A stretch of 58,966 nt of DNA, filler included, from Sphacelaria rigidula (taxonomy: Eukaryota), in the NCBI GenBank assembly GCA_964200075.2. It is 9 parts of 9 records of this genome, joined end to end, with 100 filler letters (N's around TTAATTAATTAA, not from the genome) between each part and the next. Parts side by side here need not be neighbours in the genome. Positions count along the whole stretch, not along the records: positions 19,690 to 26,152 come from CAXNAA020019923.1; positions 26,253 to 32,715 come from CAXNAA020019924.1; positions 32,816 to 39,278 come from CAXNAA020019925.1; 6 more parts are not named here. One strand, given 5' to 3'. The position numbers and the translations under genes are program-made. Below the pieces are notes generated by a model. The model saw nothing but the letters and a program-made list of their open reading frames with translations. It had not been told where the DNA came from and made no database searches. Each line of letters starts with the position of its first letter. Positions within the stretch are counted from its first letter, which is position 1. Positions 23,640 to 36,120 of this stretch are shown piece after piece.

Positions 23640-24600
23640 GACAAGCCCCAAGTTACTTCATACCAACACGTGGGATGACTTTGTTGGGGGCTGACGGCAG
23701 GCGGTTCAGTCCATGTGGTTCAATTTAGTTCGTCTTGCCGCCGCTTCCCAGGGCTGTTTCGCAGTTGGTCAGGTATCACATTTCTGATGTTTCAGTGTTT
23801 ACAGGGTGCTGTTTGAGGTTTGTCATCGTTTTTTTCACAATCGGAGAAGCTGTGGAGGTTGACGCCTGAGCCAGAACGTGTCAAACAAGCTGTTTTTTTG
23901 ACGACAGAACATCCTGTGCCGTTCGCTTTCGCACTGCTCATGTAGCGGTTCAGATTTTTTCTGGAGTTTTGTTGGGCATGATAGCCGCGGTTGTGCCAAA
24001 GTTTCTCAATCAGGTGACTGTGCTCCTGAGGCCGTAGTGTGGTTATGATTACATGAACGTCAAGATGGTGGCAAAATGTTCCTATATATGGTATGTTGCC
24101 ATCAAATGGTGAGTGCGTGTGTGAAGTCTGGCCGTTTGGCGAATGTCGTTGACAATGGGTGGCACGCTTGAAATAAGATTCCGCATGTTGACGAGGCATA
24201 TAAGTTGGTAAGCAGCTCTCGTTTCGTTTCGTCTTGTGTGAATGCCTCGTGCCCCATGTAAGGGAGGGAGGGGAAGGGTGGTGGTGGTGGGGGGGGATTA
24301 CCATTGCAATAGCACGACACGTGAAACCTTGATTTCGATGCGCGAGTATGCCGAGGGTGTTTTGTTTCCCTTCATCCGCTGGACCCATTGAAGGTGGTGA
24401 TGCCTTCCCTCGATAACCGCTCGGTCGGAGGTTCAATTTTGCTCTCGAGCATTTTTTTGCCGCAGGGTGGAGAAAGTCTTTTACAGGGTGTTCGTGCAGT
24501 AGTGATAGCACGAACGGGTGTGTTGTGCGTTGGGGGGGCTGACAATGCTGCCTTGGGGGCATTAATGCTGGACGACACATACACTCCCGTCGGGAGACTT
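23640..24600 (-). mobile_element. Decayed Penelope-like retroelement RT
   Basis: Ordered frameshifted motifs: PTHNTPVRAI (cf. PKIHKxPxRPI), RAIAMVIP (cf. GIAMGxP), SLPYMG (cf. LPFLD), LLTNLYASST..ACHP (cf. TDLYxKPT..SCHP), NIPYIG (cf. IPYI). Confidence 0.65.
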
Positions 24601-27343
24601 GACATCGAACAGCAAACGACTTAATCGACGATTGTGCTCATGATGCATACCAGGTGTATGTATTCGCGGTGTCTGTCACGTACGATATGTTGGTGGGAGT
24701 TGGAAAAAGCACAGGGTCAATGCATGTACTTTGTTGCACTGCATTATGTGTCATCAACAAAACAACAACATCCTATGGTCATTGTGATGAAGGGCGCGCA
24801 AAGCAGCGGGCAACCTTGTGAGCGTCCCCACGGTACATACACGACAACACAATGTACTCACCCTTCCCTCATCATACGTTCGCTTTTCACGATGACCTTG
24901 TATAGACTCGCGGCAGTTTCAGCCAAGTGAGTGCTATGAACAGGAGGGTGAAGTGGCGAGCGGTTCTCTGATTGACCAAAAAAAAAAGGCATGGACCTTG
25001 ATTGGCCAATATTCCTTGGTGGACGACTCACTCCTTTTTTTTCAAATTGATTAATTTTTGTGAAAATAATTTCGGGGGCGATGGAAATGAAGCATCAGCC
25101 CTCAACCGATCACAAAGACGAGAAGAAGGTGGCGTGAACCACCACAATTCTCATGGTCACAGTTTGTTCTCATTAGTTTTGTTTCGAAAAGACGGGGCCT
25201 GAGGGACGGGATGAGAATGACACTATGACGATGAGAGTGAGAGTGACGAATAGCCCACGCGTGTCAATCATTTCACCTCCCCTCTTGCTTTGTCAATATA
25301 TCGTTTCTTCGTTCTCGAAAAAATATTTGTTTTGATACAATAATCGGCGAGCCTTGGCGTCTGACTGATCTTGATATGTCCGCCCGTGGCTCCCTGTGCC
25401 TGCACTGCTCCGACCCTTGGGTGGGCATTCATTTATATTGTGATCTTCCCTTTCCCTTCGAATTGCAGTTCGTTCCATGGCCTTGTCCTGGTCTTCGATG
25501 TAGGTGGATCCTGGTTGGTCCGCTTTCCCCTTGTAGGGGCCTTTTCCACCATTGACCAATTTGGTGCCATCATGTTCCCCCGCCCGTTCTTCGAGAGTCC
25601 TGCTCCTGTTGCTCTTCCGAGTCTCACCCCGATTCAGGTACGTTTTTCTTTCGCGTGTTCGACTGAGTGACGCTGGCGACGACGGGCCAAGGGAATCGGG
25701 CTATCTCACTCCCGTGCCGGCACGCTAATGAGCGAAACCAACACTTTTTTTTTGCTATATTTGTCATATACCCCGCCTCGGCAAGAGTCCGTAGTCTCAA
25801 GGGATCAATGGCCACCCGCGTCCGAGACTCATTTTCCAAGTGGACGTAAATATACTACCTATCTGCCATTCAACAGATTGGAGATGGACATCACTAGACG
25901 ATCATGTGCTGTATGATCGTCATGTCTACTTACTGTAGGGCGCCTCTATCGACGTTTTCTGGCCATTGATTGAACTCAAAACACCAGTTTGTCACATTGA
26001 TGACTCACACGGTACCTCCTGTGTAGTCAAAAGTTCCACAAAAATGATGATTCATAAAAAAACGTACCATGAAACAGCGGATCATCTATGTTGAGGATGA
26101 AGACTTTCATCGAGGATGAGAACCTGGAGGATTAAAATCTTCGTATCGACACNNNNNNNNNNNNNNNNNNNNNNNNNNNNNNNNNNNNNNNNNNNNTTAA
26201 TTAATTAANNNNNNNNNNNNNNNNNNNNNNNNNNNNNNNNNNNNNNNNNNNNCAAACAGTTCGCAAGTTGGGTTGCCCACTTGAGCCTCAATTCAGAGTT
26301 AAACCTCAATTTTCACAATTTGCTGTTATATATATTTCACAAACCATTCAAAAATATTGTTCTCCCAATATACAGTAGTGGGCGGTCTAACAATTCAATT
26401 CATGGCGTTTTCGATTTTTTCGTCATTGGCAATTTTCTTGTTTTTTTTAGCTTGCCACCGCTTACCACATTGGGGATCTGACGATCTTTGTATCCGCTCC
26501 AAAATTCAAGAAAACAAAATCATCTGGACTCAATGTTGAGCGACTTACGGGCTAGCCGGTCATCGGACGTCCTGCCACGTTTTAGCCCAGATTCTTACTC
26601 CAAGACTTTTTCGGTCGATCGAGCCTGTTCCGATCATATTTGTGAAGAAATATACAGTTTTAGTTTTTTGAAATTTTACCTAGTCATTGCTCTAGAGCCG
26701 AAAAACTGTGTGTTCACGATCAATAACACCCTCCTGAAGAACGGGGTATTTACGCGTATCGCCCGATAACACCAACCAACACTGACCTGGGCACTGTATT
26801 CCGAGGACGATCTTTTTTTTGTACCAAAATCTACCGACGCTAGCAATTTCGAGTTCTATCGAAGAGTAGTACGCGAGGAAGACCCCAAAACATCCCCGAA
26901 TAGTTAGACCGCTCACTACTGTATATATTGTGCACCTTCATAGCATAGCTGTTGTTGTGCAGCTAGTATATTTTCGACACGTTCGCGGAGCAATATGTTG
27001 AGCGTTTTCGGCATTTGGTGATACCTCTTTCAATGGCGCCCGCGAACATAAAACTGTCCACCATACTAATTCCTATACAACTTCCAATATACATATTGAA
27101 TCAGTAATATGTATTGTTCCATCAATATATAATGTGACGTTCGATTCCCTCGTGTATCGTTCGCCCAATATATATTGGATGCGTTGAGGCACAATATATT
27201 GGGCGGCAATATATATTGCCGCTTCGGCTGTGGAGTATATTGAATCGTCGATATATATTGACCTCATGCCGCAGCCAATATATTACTCAGCCAACATATA
27301 TATATATATTGAGGTGGCGCGCGTCGTGTTATATTGTTCGGTT

Positions 27344-27694
27344 TGTGAGGAAGGTGTATCGCTAGAGTGGTCAGACACCTACAGGGGAGACTGCCGTCCT
27401 GATGCCGAAGGAACTCCGAGGCTGGCGATGATTTCCTCTTGTATAGGTAGGCAACAAGTGGGGTCAGACTACGAGTGGGCGCCAGGGGCGACCCAGACCT
27501 CGAGGGATGTTGGACCGTCCTAATATTAGGCTCTTCCTGGCATCACCCCGAGTTGTCTAGTTACGTCCGCATTACAGGGTCCTCGATAATCTGGTCCTTC
27601 CGGAACGTTCCTACCTCGTCCCTGCTTGCGCTGGGTCTGCATACATGTGTGGTATCAGTCTCTGATATGTCACTGCGAAGAGGTACCCTCCACA
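27344..27694 (-). repeat. 3' LTR (351 bp) of a minus-strand Ty3/Gypsy derivative
   Basis: TGTG...CACA ends; adjacent TCTCCCCCCCCCTT at 27695-27708 is the polypurine tract on the minus strand; direct repeat at 32436. Confidence 0.93.
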
Positions 27695-27959
27695 TCTCCC
27701 CCCCCCTTATGCGCCTCAAGCCCATCGAGGCTATGGCAAGTGGGACGAGGCGATCATCAGCTTCGCTGATGATATAATCATGGAGGTTTCTTTGAGTGAC
27801 AATCATTGATTGAGTCACACCACCACTAATCGCAAAGGTAGCCCTTCTCTATACTGCGGTGTTGAGTACACACCTCCGGTAAATCTTAGCTACCTTTGGT
27901 CAGTAACAGTGCATGTATTCCAAACCCTCTACTATGTTTTCCGTCATGTAGCTGTCATA

Positions 27960-28790
27960 TATGACATGTTTCCATTAGATGTATTTGCACTTGGGTGCTG
28001 GTTGCATCTGCTGGTGTACATGACAGGGCACTGGGACACTAATCGGTCCACGGGTACCTGGGTTATTCCTGCCCGGGTTCTGGGATGCCTTCGGTTCCGC
28101 GGACACCTGTGTATGGTTAAGTCTCGGATTAGTAACAAGACGGTGTTGAAGATGCATATATGTATTTTTTTTCTCCACCTGTGAACATTGTGCTCTTTTG
28201 GCTAAACACGATCATGATGACCTTTGCTTCTTGTATTGTGTCAAATAGATGATCATGTGTGGCACATTTTTTATGGGATGCTTTTGCACTTTGGTGCAGG
28301 CTGCATCAGTTAGGTATACCTGACTAGGCACTGGGACACGGACCGGTCCACGGGCGCTTGAGATATTTCTGCCCGGGTTCTGAGATATTTCGGTTCCACT
28401 GACACCGGAGTATAGGACAAAGTCCTCGCGTTAGTGCCAAAACGGTGGGTCTGATGTTTATCTTGCGAGCATTGTGCTCTTTGGTGAAACATCGACATGT
28501 TCTTTGCTTCGTATCATTTTATGGCATATAAGTCTGTCTCATGTGATCTATTTCCACAAGATGCGTTGCACTTTGGTGCTGGATGCATCTGCTGTTCCTA
28601 CCTGCCTGGGCACTGGGACATTGACCGGTCCACGGGCGTCTGGGTTTTTCATGTCAGGGTTCTGGGATACCTTCGGTTCCGCTGACACCAAAGTAGTGCA
28701 ACGTCCTCGTGTTAGTACCAAAGCGGTGCATACGACGTTTCCGACCTGTGAGCATTGTGCTTTTTTGTCGGAACATCGTCAAAATGATCA
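27960..28790. repeat. ~290-bp tandem triplication inside the LTR element
   Basis: TTGCACTT.GGTGC.GG.TGCATC...GGCACTGGGACA...CGGTCCACGGG at ~27985, 28283 and 28566. Confidence 0.85.
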
Positions 28791-31700
28791 GCACTACCCC
28801 GATTGCTGAGAGGTCATCTTCCTTGGGAAGTTGCACTCCAGTCACCGTTGACATGTCAGATATGTTTCCGTTCATGTCTGCATTGTTCTGACATTGTTTT
28901 TTCGTTTTCTTCTCTTGTGACTCTCCTTGATCTCCGAATTGTGACTCCGGGCTACTGCTCAACCCTTGAGCGTGTTGCTAGGACGCTTAAACAGTCTATT
29001 GAACAGTTACATCCGTTTCCGTTATCCGGTAGTCTTGGGTTTCGCCTCCGGATGTGAGCGCTTTGCTAACCCATTGTCGTGACGGTATATATCGAGGAGG
29101 TGTCGACCTTGTGTTGTTTCGTGAGCTCGATAGCTTAGGTTGGCTGTTGGGCTGTAGCTTTTGAGTCTCATTAATCTCCGGATTTTGATCTAAGGTTACT
29201 GCTCAACCTTTGAGCGCTTTGCTAGGACGCTCGAACAGTCTGTGAACAGTCACATCCGTTTCCCTGTAGTTTTGGATACCGAGTCTGGATGTGAGCATTC
29301 AGCTAACCCCTTGTCAAAGTCCGGTGTTGAGCAATGCTATGGTAGGTCAGGCCAGCCGCTGGGCCGTAGCCCTGAAATCTCAACAGATACTGATAGTTGT
29401 AACGATTTCTTCGACCTGGGTCTGGCGCGTGACCTACCACTTTTTCGACAGCGTAACGTTTTATTGTAGACGACGTTTCGTGTGGTTGGTCTCTCTGGTA
29501 GAGGTATCTGTTTGTCTAGGAACACCTCGCTCGATTTATCAACATCTGATGCGGGTGGTGTTTCCCGCGGATGGTACTTCTTCAAGTGAGCGGGATGTAC
29601 TGACATTTGTTTAGAGTCGTCGCCTCTTTTGATTATGTACACAACCGGCGATCGTCTCTCGGTTACCATGAAAGGTCCTCTCTATGTAAATTGGAGTTTC
29701 GAGCTCGGCCTTCTTGAGTCCTGGTATGGTGGGTACAAGAGTACCTTTTGACTGTGTTTGAACACCGTGAAATGTTTGAATTCGTTCTTGTTTCTTGCTC
29801 GTTTGCTCTTCTCGTAGAGCTTGTCTCGGAATTTCAAATCCAAACTGTAGGTTTTCCCGTGTTTCTTTGGAAAATTCTTTGGGTGTTGCCGCTTTGCTCT
29901 CTTCCGGTATGCCTAGAACCATGTCAATTGGCAATCTGGGCTGCCTTCTGAACAAAACAAAATATGGTATTTCCTGTACTGTACTGTACTGTGATAGGAT
30001 GTGTTGTACACCATTTGGATGAACGGAGAAATGGGTGCCCAAAATTTGTTTCCAATTGACCTAAGTCTAGCTAACATCGCGTGCATAGTGGAGTGGATCC
30101 TTTCCGACCCTGAGGTACTTTGCGGGTGTAAAAGTGCCGTGCGAGGTTTACTGAAACCCAGCTCCTGTTGCCATGCATATGTTAGCTTGTTCCCGATTTC
30201 GGTTCTTTAATTCGAACGCAGCTTTCCCGGAATGCCAAATGCAGTAAAGACTCTGTCAATTATAGTGTTGGCTATATTGATGTGGTCTGTTTTTTCGGCA
30301 CCGAAATGATCAAAGCACACCTTGTGAGGTGGTCCAATACGGACAGGACATATTTAGTACTCCAGCTTTTGACATCGAATTTGTTTTTTATTCGACTGAG
30401 TCTGCTGGCGCTCTTTCGTATAGCCGTTCTAGCGTAACGTGTCCCATCGGCAAATTTTGGCCGGTTGTGGACCGTTTTCCCGGCGTCGGCAACCCTGACA
30501 TAGCGTGCGCATGTTCGGAATAACATGAAGTTTCTCCGTTCTTGTCTCATCATTCTCATGAAGTTTTCCCGTAGGGTTTACATGTGGACTCGACCGGTTG
30601 GCGATTTGTACCATTCCGTTTTATTCGTCGACTACGTGCCTGCTGTTCTTGAAGCAATGATGCGCGTGAGTGCTTGAGGTACATCAGGCGATCAAGTGTC
30701 TTCCTCGTTTATTATGCGCGGCTCCACGACAGCTGCTGTTGTTGTTCACGGGGTATTCCCCGTTCCAACTAGTACTGTCATTTCACTTTGTAGTGGCAAA
30801 CTGCATTTGTAGTGAGGGACTCGAACAGGGTTAGAACCTTTCACACCGACTATAAAACAGTAGGTTGTTTCGGCGTGCTGTATTTTGTGGGCCCTGTTGT
30901 TTTCGATGCGATGCTTTGATTTTTATACTGGAATAACGGAATGCTCGTTCTTCCGTCTGCCAGTCGAGTATAGAGTATAGCTTTAAAAGCACTCACCATG
31001 GAGTTGTCTAGTAGTCGACAACCCGGTCCCAGATGAGGTAATACAAGCGCTTCTGTTGGCAGGGTTTTTATCCCCAACGTAAGCTCGAAATGAATGAGCC
31101 CCAGGATTTATGGGTGAGCCGGTTGTGCTTCTGAGATCCATAGATCCCGACGGTACTGGCTTCATATCAGCTGCCATGATGGCCAAATTTTCATCGATAA
31201 ACTCTTGCTGATACCCTGTACATCTGCTGCGGAATCGATTGTAATTTTTTCAGCGAGGGTACCGTTTACTCTGGCTGCGACTCTAACGCGGCTGATGCAC
31301 AGGATAGCGCTGTATAGGGGCGCATCTGTATACCTGGCAGGTGATGATGCGTAGTGTGAGTCATAACAGTGATCGTCCAAGATGGGGTTGCAAAGGGGAG
31401 ACTGGTGTTTCGATTTGGAATCAACAGCCCCTGTTTATAACATCGCTGTTTCTCTGGCTGCCGATTGAAAATTTGTCCGCGTGGAATGTAACGGTACCGA
31501 TTCATTGGGGTACGGCGGAGAGTGTAACATACTTGAGAGCATCAACAAGTTGAGCTTCAATTTCGGCGATGATAGCCCATTGAGTGGTGTATCAATTTTT
31601 CCACGACTGCTCTGACGGCTGCTTAGGGATTCACTCTCATCGTGCTCTTTTCAGCTTCTGCTCCTAGTGTGTACCTTTCACATTACCACTGAGGGCTGTT

Positions 31701-32435
31701 TTGGTGCCCTTCTGGAGGAATGAGCTATTGTACTGACCGAGAAACCCGCATTCCTCCGATATGTTTTCTTCACCAGACGGTAGAGACTTTTTACATTTCA
31801 TGCGTGGTGAGGTGTGGGACCTTGAACGGTGTGTATTTTTCACTTCTATCAGCCTGTGGGTTGGAAGCTGTAAGATCAGCCGATACACCTCTTTCTTTCG
31901 CTCGCTACATGGTAGGGAATGACAAGGTCGTGCATTCGCAGGTTGGGTAACTTGTTTGGTGATGATATTTCGAGTCACCGCGTTTCCAGACGTCGGTCCG
32001 CTCGATTAATTGCCCTGCCTTTCGCGCGATGGTAGTGGAAGGTTGGTTGATTGTGGATTCGCTGTTTAATCAGCCGTTCTGGTGACATATAATGCCCACT
32101 GAATAGACTAATTTCGCGTTTTCGCTGTTTGACCAGCCGTACAGGTGACATATACTGCACCCTGTAGAGTCTAAACTCGCGTTTCGCTCTTTGATTAGTC
32201 ATGCGGGTGACTTATAAATGCACATTGAGGGGGCTAATTTCGCGTTGGATTAAACACATGAATGACTCCAATAGCCTCTCAACTCGAATAATTAAACACA
32301 TGGACCATATGTTTCACCTGGAGTAGCGTTCCTTGGGGGACCCTAGTATTTCCGGTGTCGGGGAGCAGTCGGTTCTCGCTCCAATTTTTTACTTGTAAGG
32401 CCTGTCTTGTTTGAGTTCTGTTATGGTGTCGTCAG

Positions 32436-32715
32436 TGTGAGGAAGGTGTATCGCTAGAGTGGTCAGACACCTACAGGGGAGACTGCCGTCCTGATGCCGA
32501 AGGAACTCCGAGGCTGGCGATGATTTCCTTTTGTATATGTAGGCAACAAGTGGGGTCAGACTACGAGTGGGCGCCAGGGGCGAACCAGACCTCGGGGGAT
32601 GTTGGACCGTCCTAATATTAGGCTCTTCCTGGCATCACCCCGAGTTGTCTAGTTACGTCCGCATTACAGGGTCCTCGATAATCTGGTCCTTCCGGAACGT
32701 TCCTACCTCGTCCCT
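32436..32715 (-). repeat. 5' LTR, truncated by the contig end
   Basis: Matches 27344-27623 with 4 substitutions in 280 bp (counted by eye). Confidence 0.93.
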
Positions 32716-32815
32716 NNNNNNNNNNNNNNNNNNNNNNNNNNNNNNNNNNNNNNNNNNNNTTAATTAATTAANNNNNNNNNNNNNNNNNNNNNNNNNNNNN
32801 NNNNNNNNNNNNNNN

Positions 32816-33080
32816 TCTGTTGCACATCTTTGATAATATATGGTTAATAGTTGCAATAGACGAGAAGTGTACCGCATAAAGCATAGGCCTATTGCAACTA
32901 TTGCCGGCCGACAATATTTTAGTCGCGATATGCCTATACTTTATGCAGTACACTTCTCGTCTATTGCATCTATTGACCATATATTGTCCAGGGTGTGGTC
33001 CATTGCAATAGACGATGGATTCTATATACTGCACGCAGTAAGTACACTTTTTGACAGTAGTCTATTATTATCCAGGGTGT
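32816..33080. mobile_element. TIR family C (CACCCTGGACAA ends) terminal fragments
   Basis: TTGTCCAGGGTGT at ~32984 and TATCCAGGGTGTA at ~33069; CTATTG/CAATAG-rich. Confidence 0.65.
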
Positions 33081-33651
33081 AGTATGATCGGGGGTGTAGA
33101 TGGAACTGCGATACATAAATCTGAAAAGCCGTGACTAACATTAACATCGTCACTGTGTAAAAGAGCGCATAAAAGCGTGCGCGGCTTGAGTTGGCGTGTG
33201 CATCGAGCCTGTCTAAGGCTTGAGTTCCGTGTGCGCGCATAAAGTTTAGCTTAATTTCGTTTTTTTCAGCTTAAATAGGCCTATTTAGCTCAAAGCCTAT
33301 AATCGGCTCAATACGCTTGAAACGAGCTTAACTTGCTTAAGACGCGCATGAAGTTGCGAAAAAAAAATTCTCGCAAGTTCTCCATGTGGCGTAGCTCGAC
33401 AGGCGTCAGGCTTCAAACTCGAACACTCAATACTTCAAATTTCCATGGCCATGTTTCGTGTTCCTATTTGTTGCGGGCCTGATGAGCAGACTGCTCCACT
33501 TTATATAACACACGTGGTACTACGTTGCTTCCAAAAATATGCCAAGATACTAAATGAATAGTACACTCGTACTTTGTACAGCAGACAGCAGTATTAACAG
33601 CAGCACCAACAGAGAGAAGTGATAACCAGTGATAGCACGGTTTGTAACTCA

Positions 33652-33928
33652 CGAGGTCATGGCGGGCCTACTGCCCGAGAAGGACTTTTTGGTCGCGGTC
33701 TCAGGCGCGCACTCGGAGTACGGTTTGCTGTCACTTTGAGATGACAACAAGAACGGGCTTCACAGTTGGTATCTCGTGGCGATGGATATTGTACTTATCC
33801 AGCCATTGTCCGCGTTTATGGTGCGAGTGTTTTCGATTTTGAGGGGGTGCTTGAACTCCCGGCAGGAGAAGGCGTTAGGTGACCGGATCGAATCCGCAGT
33901 TATGACAAAGTACAATCGGTACCGGTAG
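33652..33928 (+). mobile_element. hAT-like transposase C-terminal dimerisation domain relic
   Basis: LLSL*DDNKNGLHSWYLVAMDIVLIQPLSAFMVRVFSILRGCLNSRQEKALGDRIESAVMTKYNR, cf. the hATC pattern P-SSA-xERVFS. One in-frame stop. GCGCATAAA repeats on both sides (~33165-33240 and ~34285-34400). Confidence 0.75.
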
Positions 33929-34473
33929 TTCGACAAGGCTTTTAATTTCGACTAACGGTAGACGATGGGGGGGGGTGGTAGCTTGTAGCTTGTAGCTTGC
34001 CGGGCGAGAGGCCAAAGGCTGCAATGCCCTGTATCTAGAGGCTACAATGCCGTACTGCTGTATGAAGTATCGTGAGTGTAGTGGCGTTTGTCGCTTCCGT
34101 ACGTCAGTTGGGGTGTAGGTGTGCAGGTTGTGGTCTCCAAACTCAGTAACTGAAGAAAGCTTCATTTTTTAACTATAAGTAATCCACAGAACTTCGGATG
34201 CCCAACTTGTCGTCTTGTCCTCATGCTAGAAGGCGCGCCTCGTGAGGGGATACCGCCACAACACCACAACAAGGACGGGCATAAGGCGCATTAAGCGCGC
34301 ATAAATTGCGGTAAAAACACTGGAAACGGGGCTTCAAAACCCCCCAAAAACTTTTATACCAGAAAAATTGAAACTTAATGTCAATGAAAAAACGCGCATA
34401 TGGAACTAAAGCCTAGCCGGTTTGTTCGAGTTGTTGGATTCCTCCCCCCCCCCCTCAAATTCTTCCCTTGAAG

Positions 34474-34593
34474 GAAGGAAGAGAAACCTTACCCAGCACT
34501 TGAAGAGGTCACGCGCGATTACTCAGAGTCGCAGCTAGATCGCCGTGTGGCGGTCATATGGGGGTGGGGTAGCCGCCCCGAGCGTTCGGAAAG
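34474..34593 (+). CDS. Slo/BK-type K+ channel, RCK1 exon (tentative)
   Basis: KEEKPYPALEEVTRDYSESQLDRRVAVIWGWGSRPE resembles Slo PNLELEAL..QVEFYQGS. AG|GTATGC donor is phase-compatible with the next exon. Confidence 0.5.
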
Positions 34594-34759
34594 GTATGCT
34601 CAAGGCGGTGAGTGTTGTGTGTCTTGGGTTGTCATACCTGCGTCATGATCTGTTTTACACATGGCATCTCACGTCATCATGGTTCAAGCCTCGCGCGCGT
34701 GCCTCAAGTGTGTATTCCTTCTTCGCTCCCTATCCCCCCTCCTCGTCATTAACGAGCAG

Positions 34760-34886
34760 ATACGCGGACTGCATATTCCTGTATCCCGAAACTTGCACGA
34801 TCGTTAATGCGGACTACACCGAGGATCGCACGACCCTGGCGGCGAAGGCCCTTCAGCGGTACCTCGACCGCACTCCTGTCAAGCCG
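34760..34886 (+). CDS. Slo/BK-type Ca2+-activated K+ channel, RCK1 exon
   Basis: GCAG|YADCIFLYPETCTIVNADYTEDRTTLAAKALQRYLDRTPVKP|GTGAGT, cf. Slo ADACLILANK..DAEDASNIMRVISIKNY. Confidence 0.8.
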
Positions 34887-35215
34887 GTGAGTAATAGCTG
34901 TATTTATTATCTGTCTTCTGACTTGGGAAGCGGCGATACCGATACGCCGTATCGACCGATATTGTCGAAATCGTATCGACTATCGATATCCGATTTTTTA
35001 ACACTGTTGAATAAAGCTGAACCGATAACAGAAATAAGAACATCGGAAAAAGACAACATGGTCTGTTTGAGAAGAAGGAGCACCGTTGCAAACTTGCAAG
35101 TCCCCAACCGTTATATACCGAAAGCTGCCGTTCTACGATGCCGTGACCGAAAGGAGTAAATGTTCAGGAAAAACATGAACAACCAACCACCCATGACAAC
35201 AACATACTACAACAG

Positions 35216-35305
35216 GAGCTCTTGGATAGAGTGGAACGGCTAAGCGTGACGGGGACCATCTGCAGGACGGTAGTCACGGTGCGGGAGCTCAGCAGCAAAG
35301 ATCAG
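35216..35305 (+). CDS. Slo/BK-type channel exon with GC donor
   Basis: AACAG|ELLDRVERLSVTGTICRTVVTVRELSSKDQ|GCGAGT; 30 codons, phase 0-0. Confidence 0.7.
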
Positions 35306-35919
35306 GCGAGTGGGGGGGGGCAGAGATGGTGTGTTTAGTTGCGCTCGTAGTTGTTTTTCGCCTCAAGTCGAAGTGCCGAGGGTGGCGGGTTTCCCAAGTA
35401 GTGAACGTTCCATGTACAGTATAGGCAATGCGATGCAAAGATATGTTGGGGAAAAGCGCGTGTCCATTCAACCCCTCATTTTGCTGATACCCCCTTTTGT
35501 TGACAACCCTCTTGGTCGATACCCCTTTTTTTTTTTATCTGCCTTTTCGTCCAGACATCCCTTGATTATTGTTTTTTTTTTTTTTTTGTTTGTTGGGCAT
35601 ATATTGGATTTTTATTTTTNNNNNNNNNNGGGGCCCCCGTTGTTTTTTTTTTTTTTTTTTTTTTTTTTGTCGGGTAACCAAAGGGCTTTGAATTTTTTTT
35701 TGCCCCCCCCCCCCCCCCCGAGTATTCATCAGTGATAACTCGTGATGATGGTTCCGTGTTTTCTTTGTCGCTACTTACTTGTCTGCAGCTTTGTCGTGTC
35801 CTCTATGAATAGTCCACTAGACATAGTCAAACAGGTGTATTCCTTGCGTTGAAAGGTTCTAAGGAAGGGTTGGACAAATATTGAGTCGGCTGGAAATTAC
35901 TTGGTTCTAGTATAAGTTA

Positions 35920-36120
35920 TTCGAATCGTACGAATCAATCCCTAGGCTTTGTTTTCAGTGTTGCAACCCAGGTACACGCAGCCCAAACACATGGAATGAC
36001 GCAAAAATTGCGTGGATACCCCTTGGACCATCGGTCAACTTTTTTTCTCCCTCTTGGGCGATCAGGCCGAAGAAATCGTGGATTTGGTGATTCGTAGTCG
36101 TGATGATTCGTCCTAATCGT
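35920..36120. repeat. Dispersed repeat family D
   Basis: Reverse-complement match to ~56315-56515. Confidence 0.8.

Larger units (their letters stand above)
27344..32715 (-). mobile_element. Non-autonomous Ty3/Gypsy LTR element (protease and integrase relics, no RT/RNase H found)
   Basis: ITIDSAADV (protease, ~31230), KYVLSVLDHLTR (integrase D), PYFVLFRRQPRLPIDMVLG, GPFMVTERRSPVVY..VHPAHLKKY (GPY/F). Bounded by LTRs. Confidence 0.9.
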
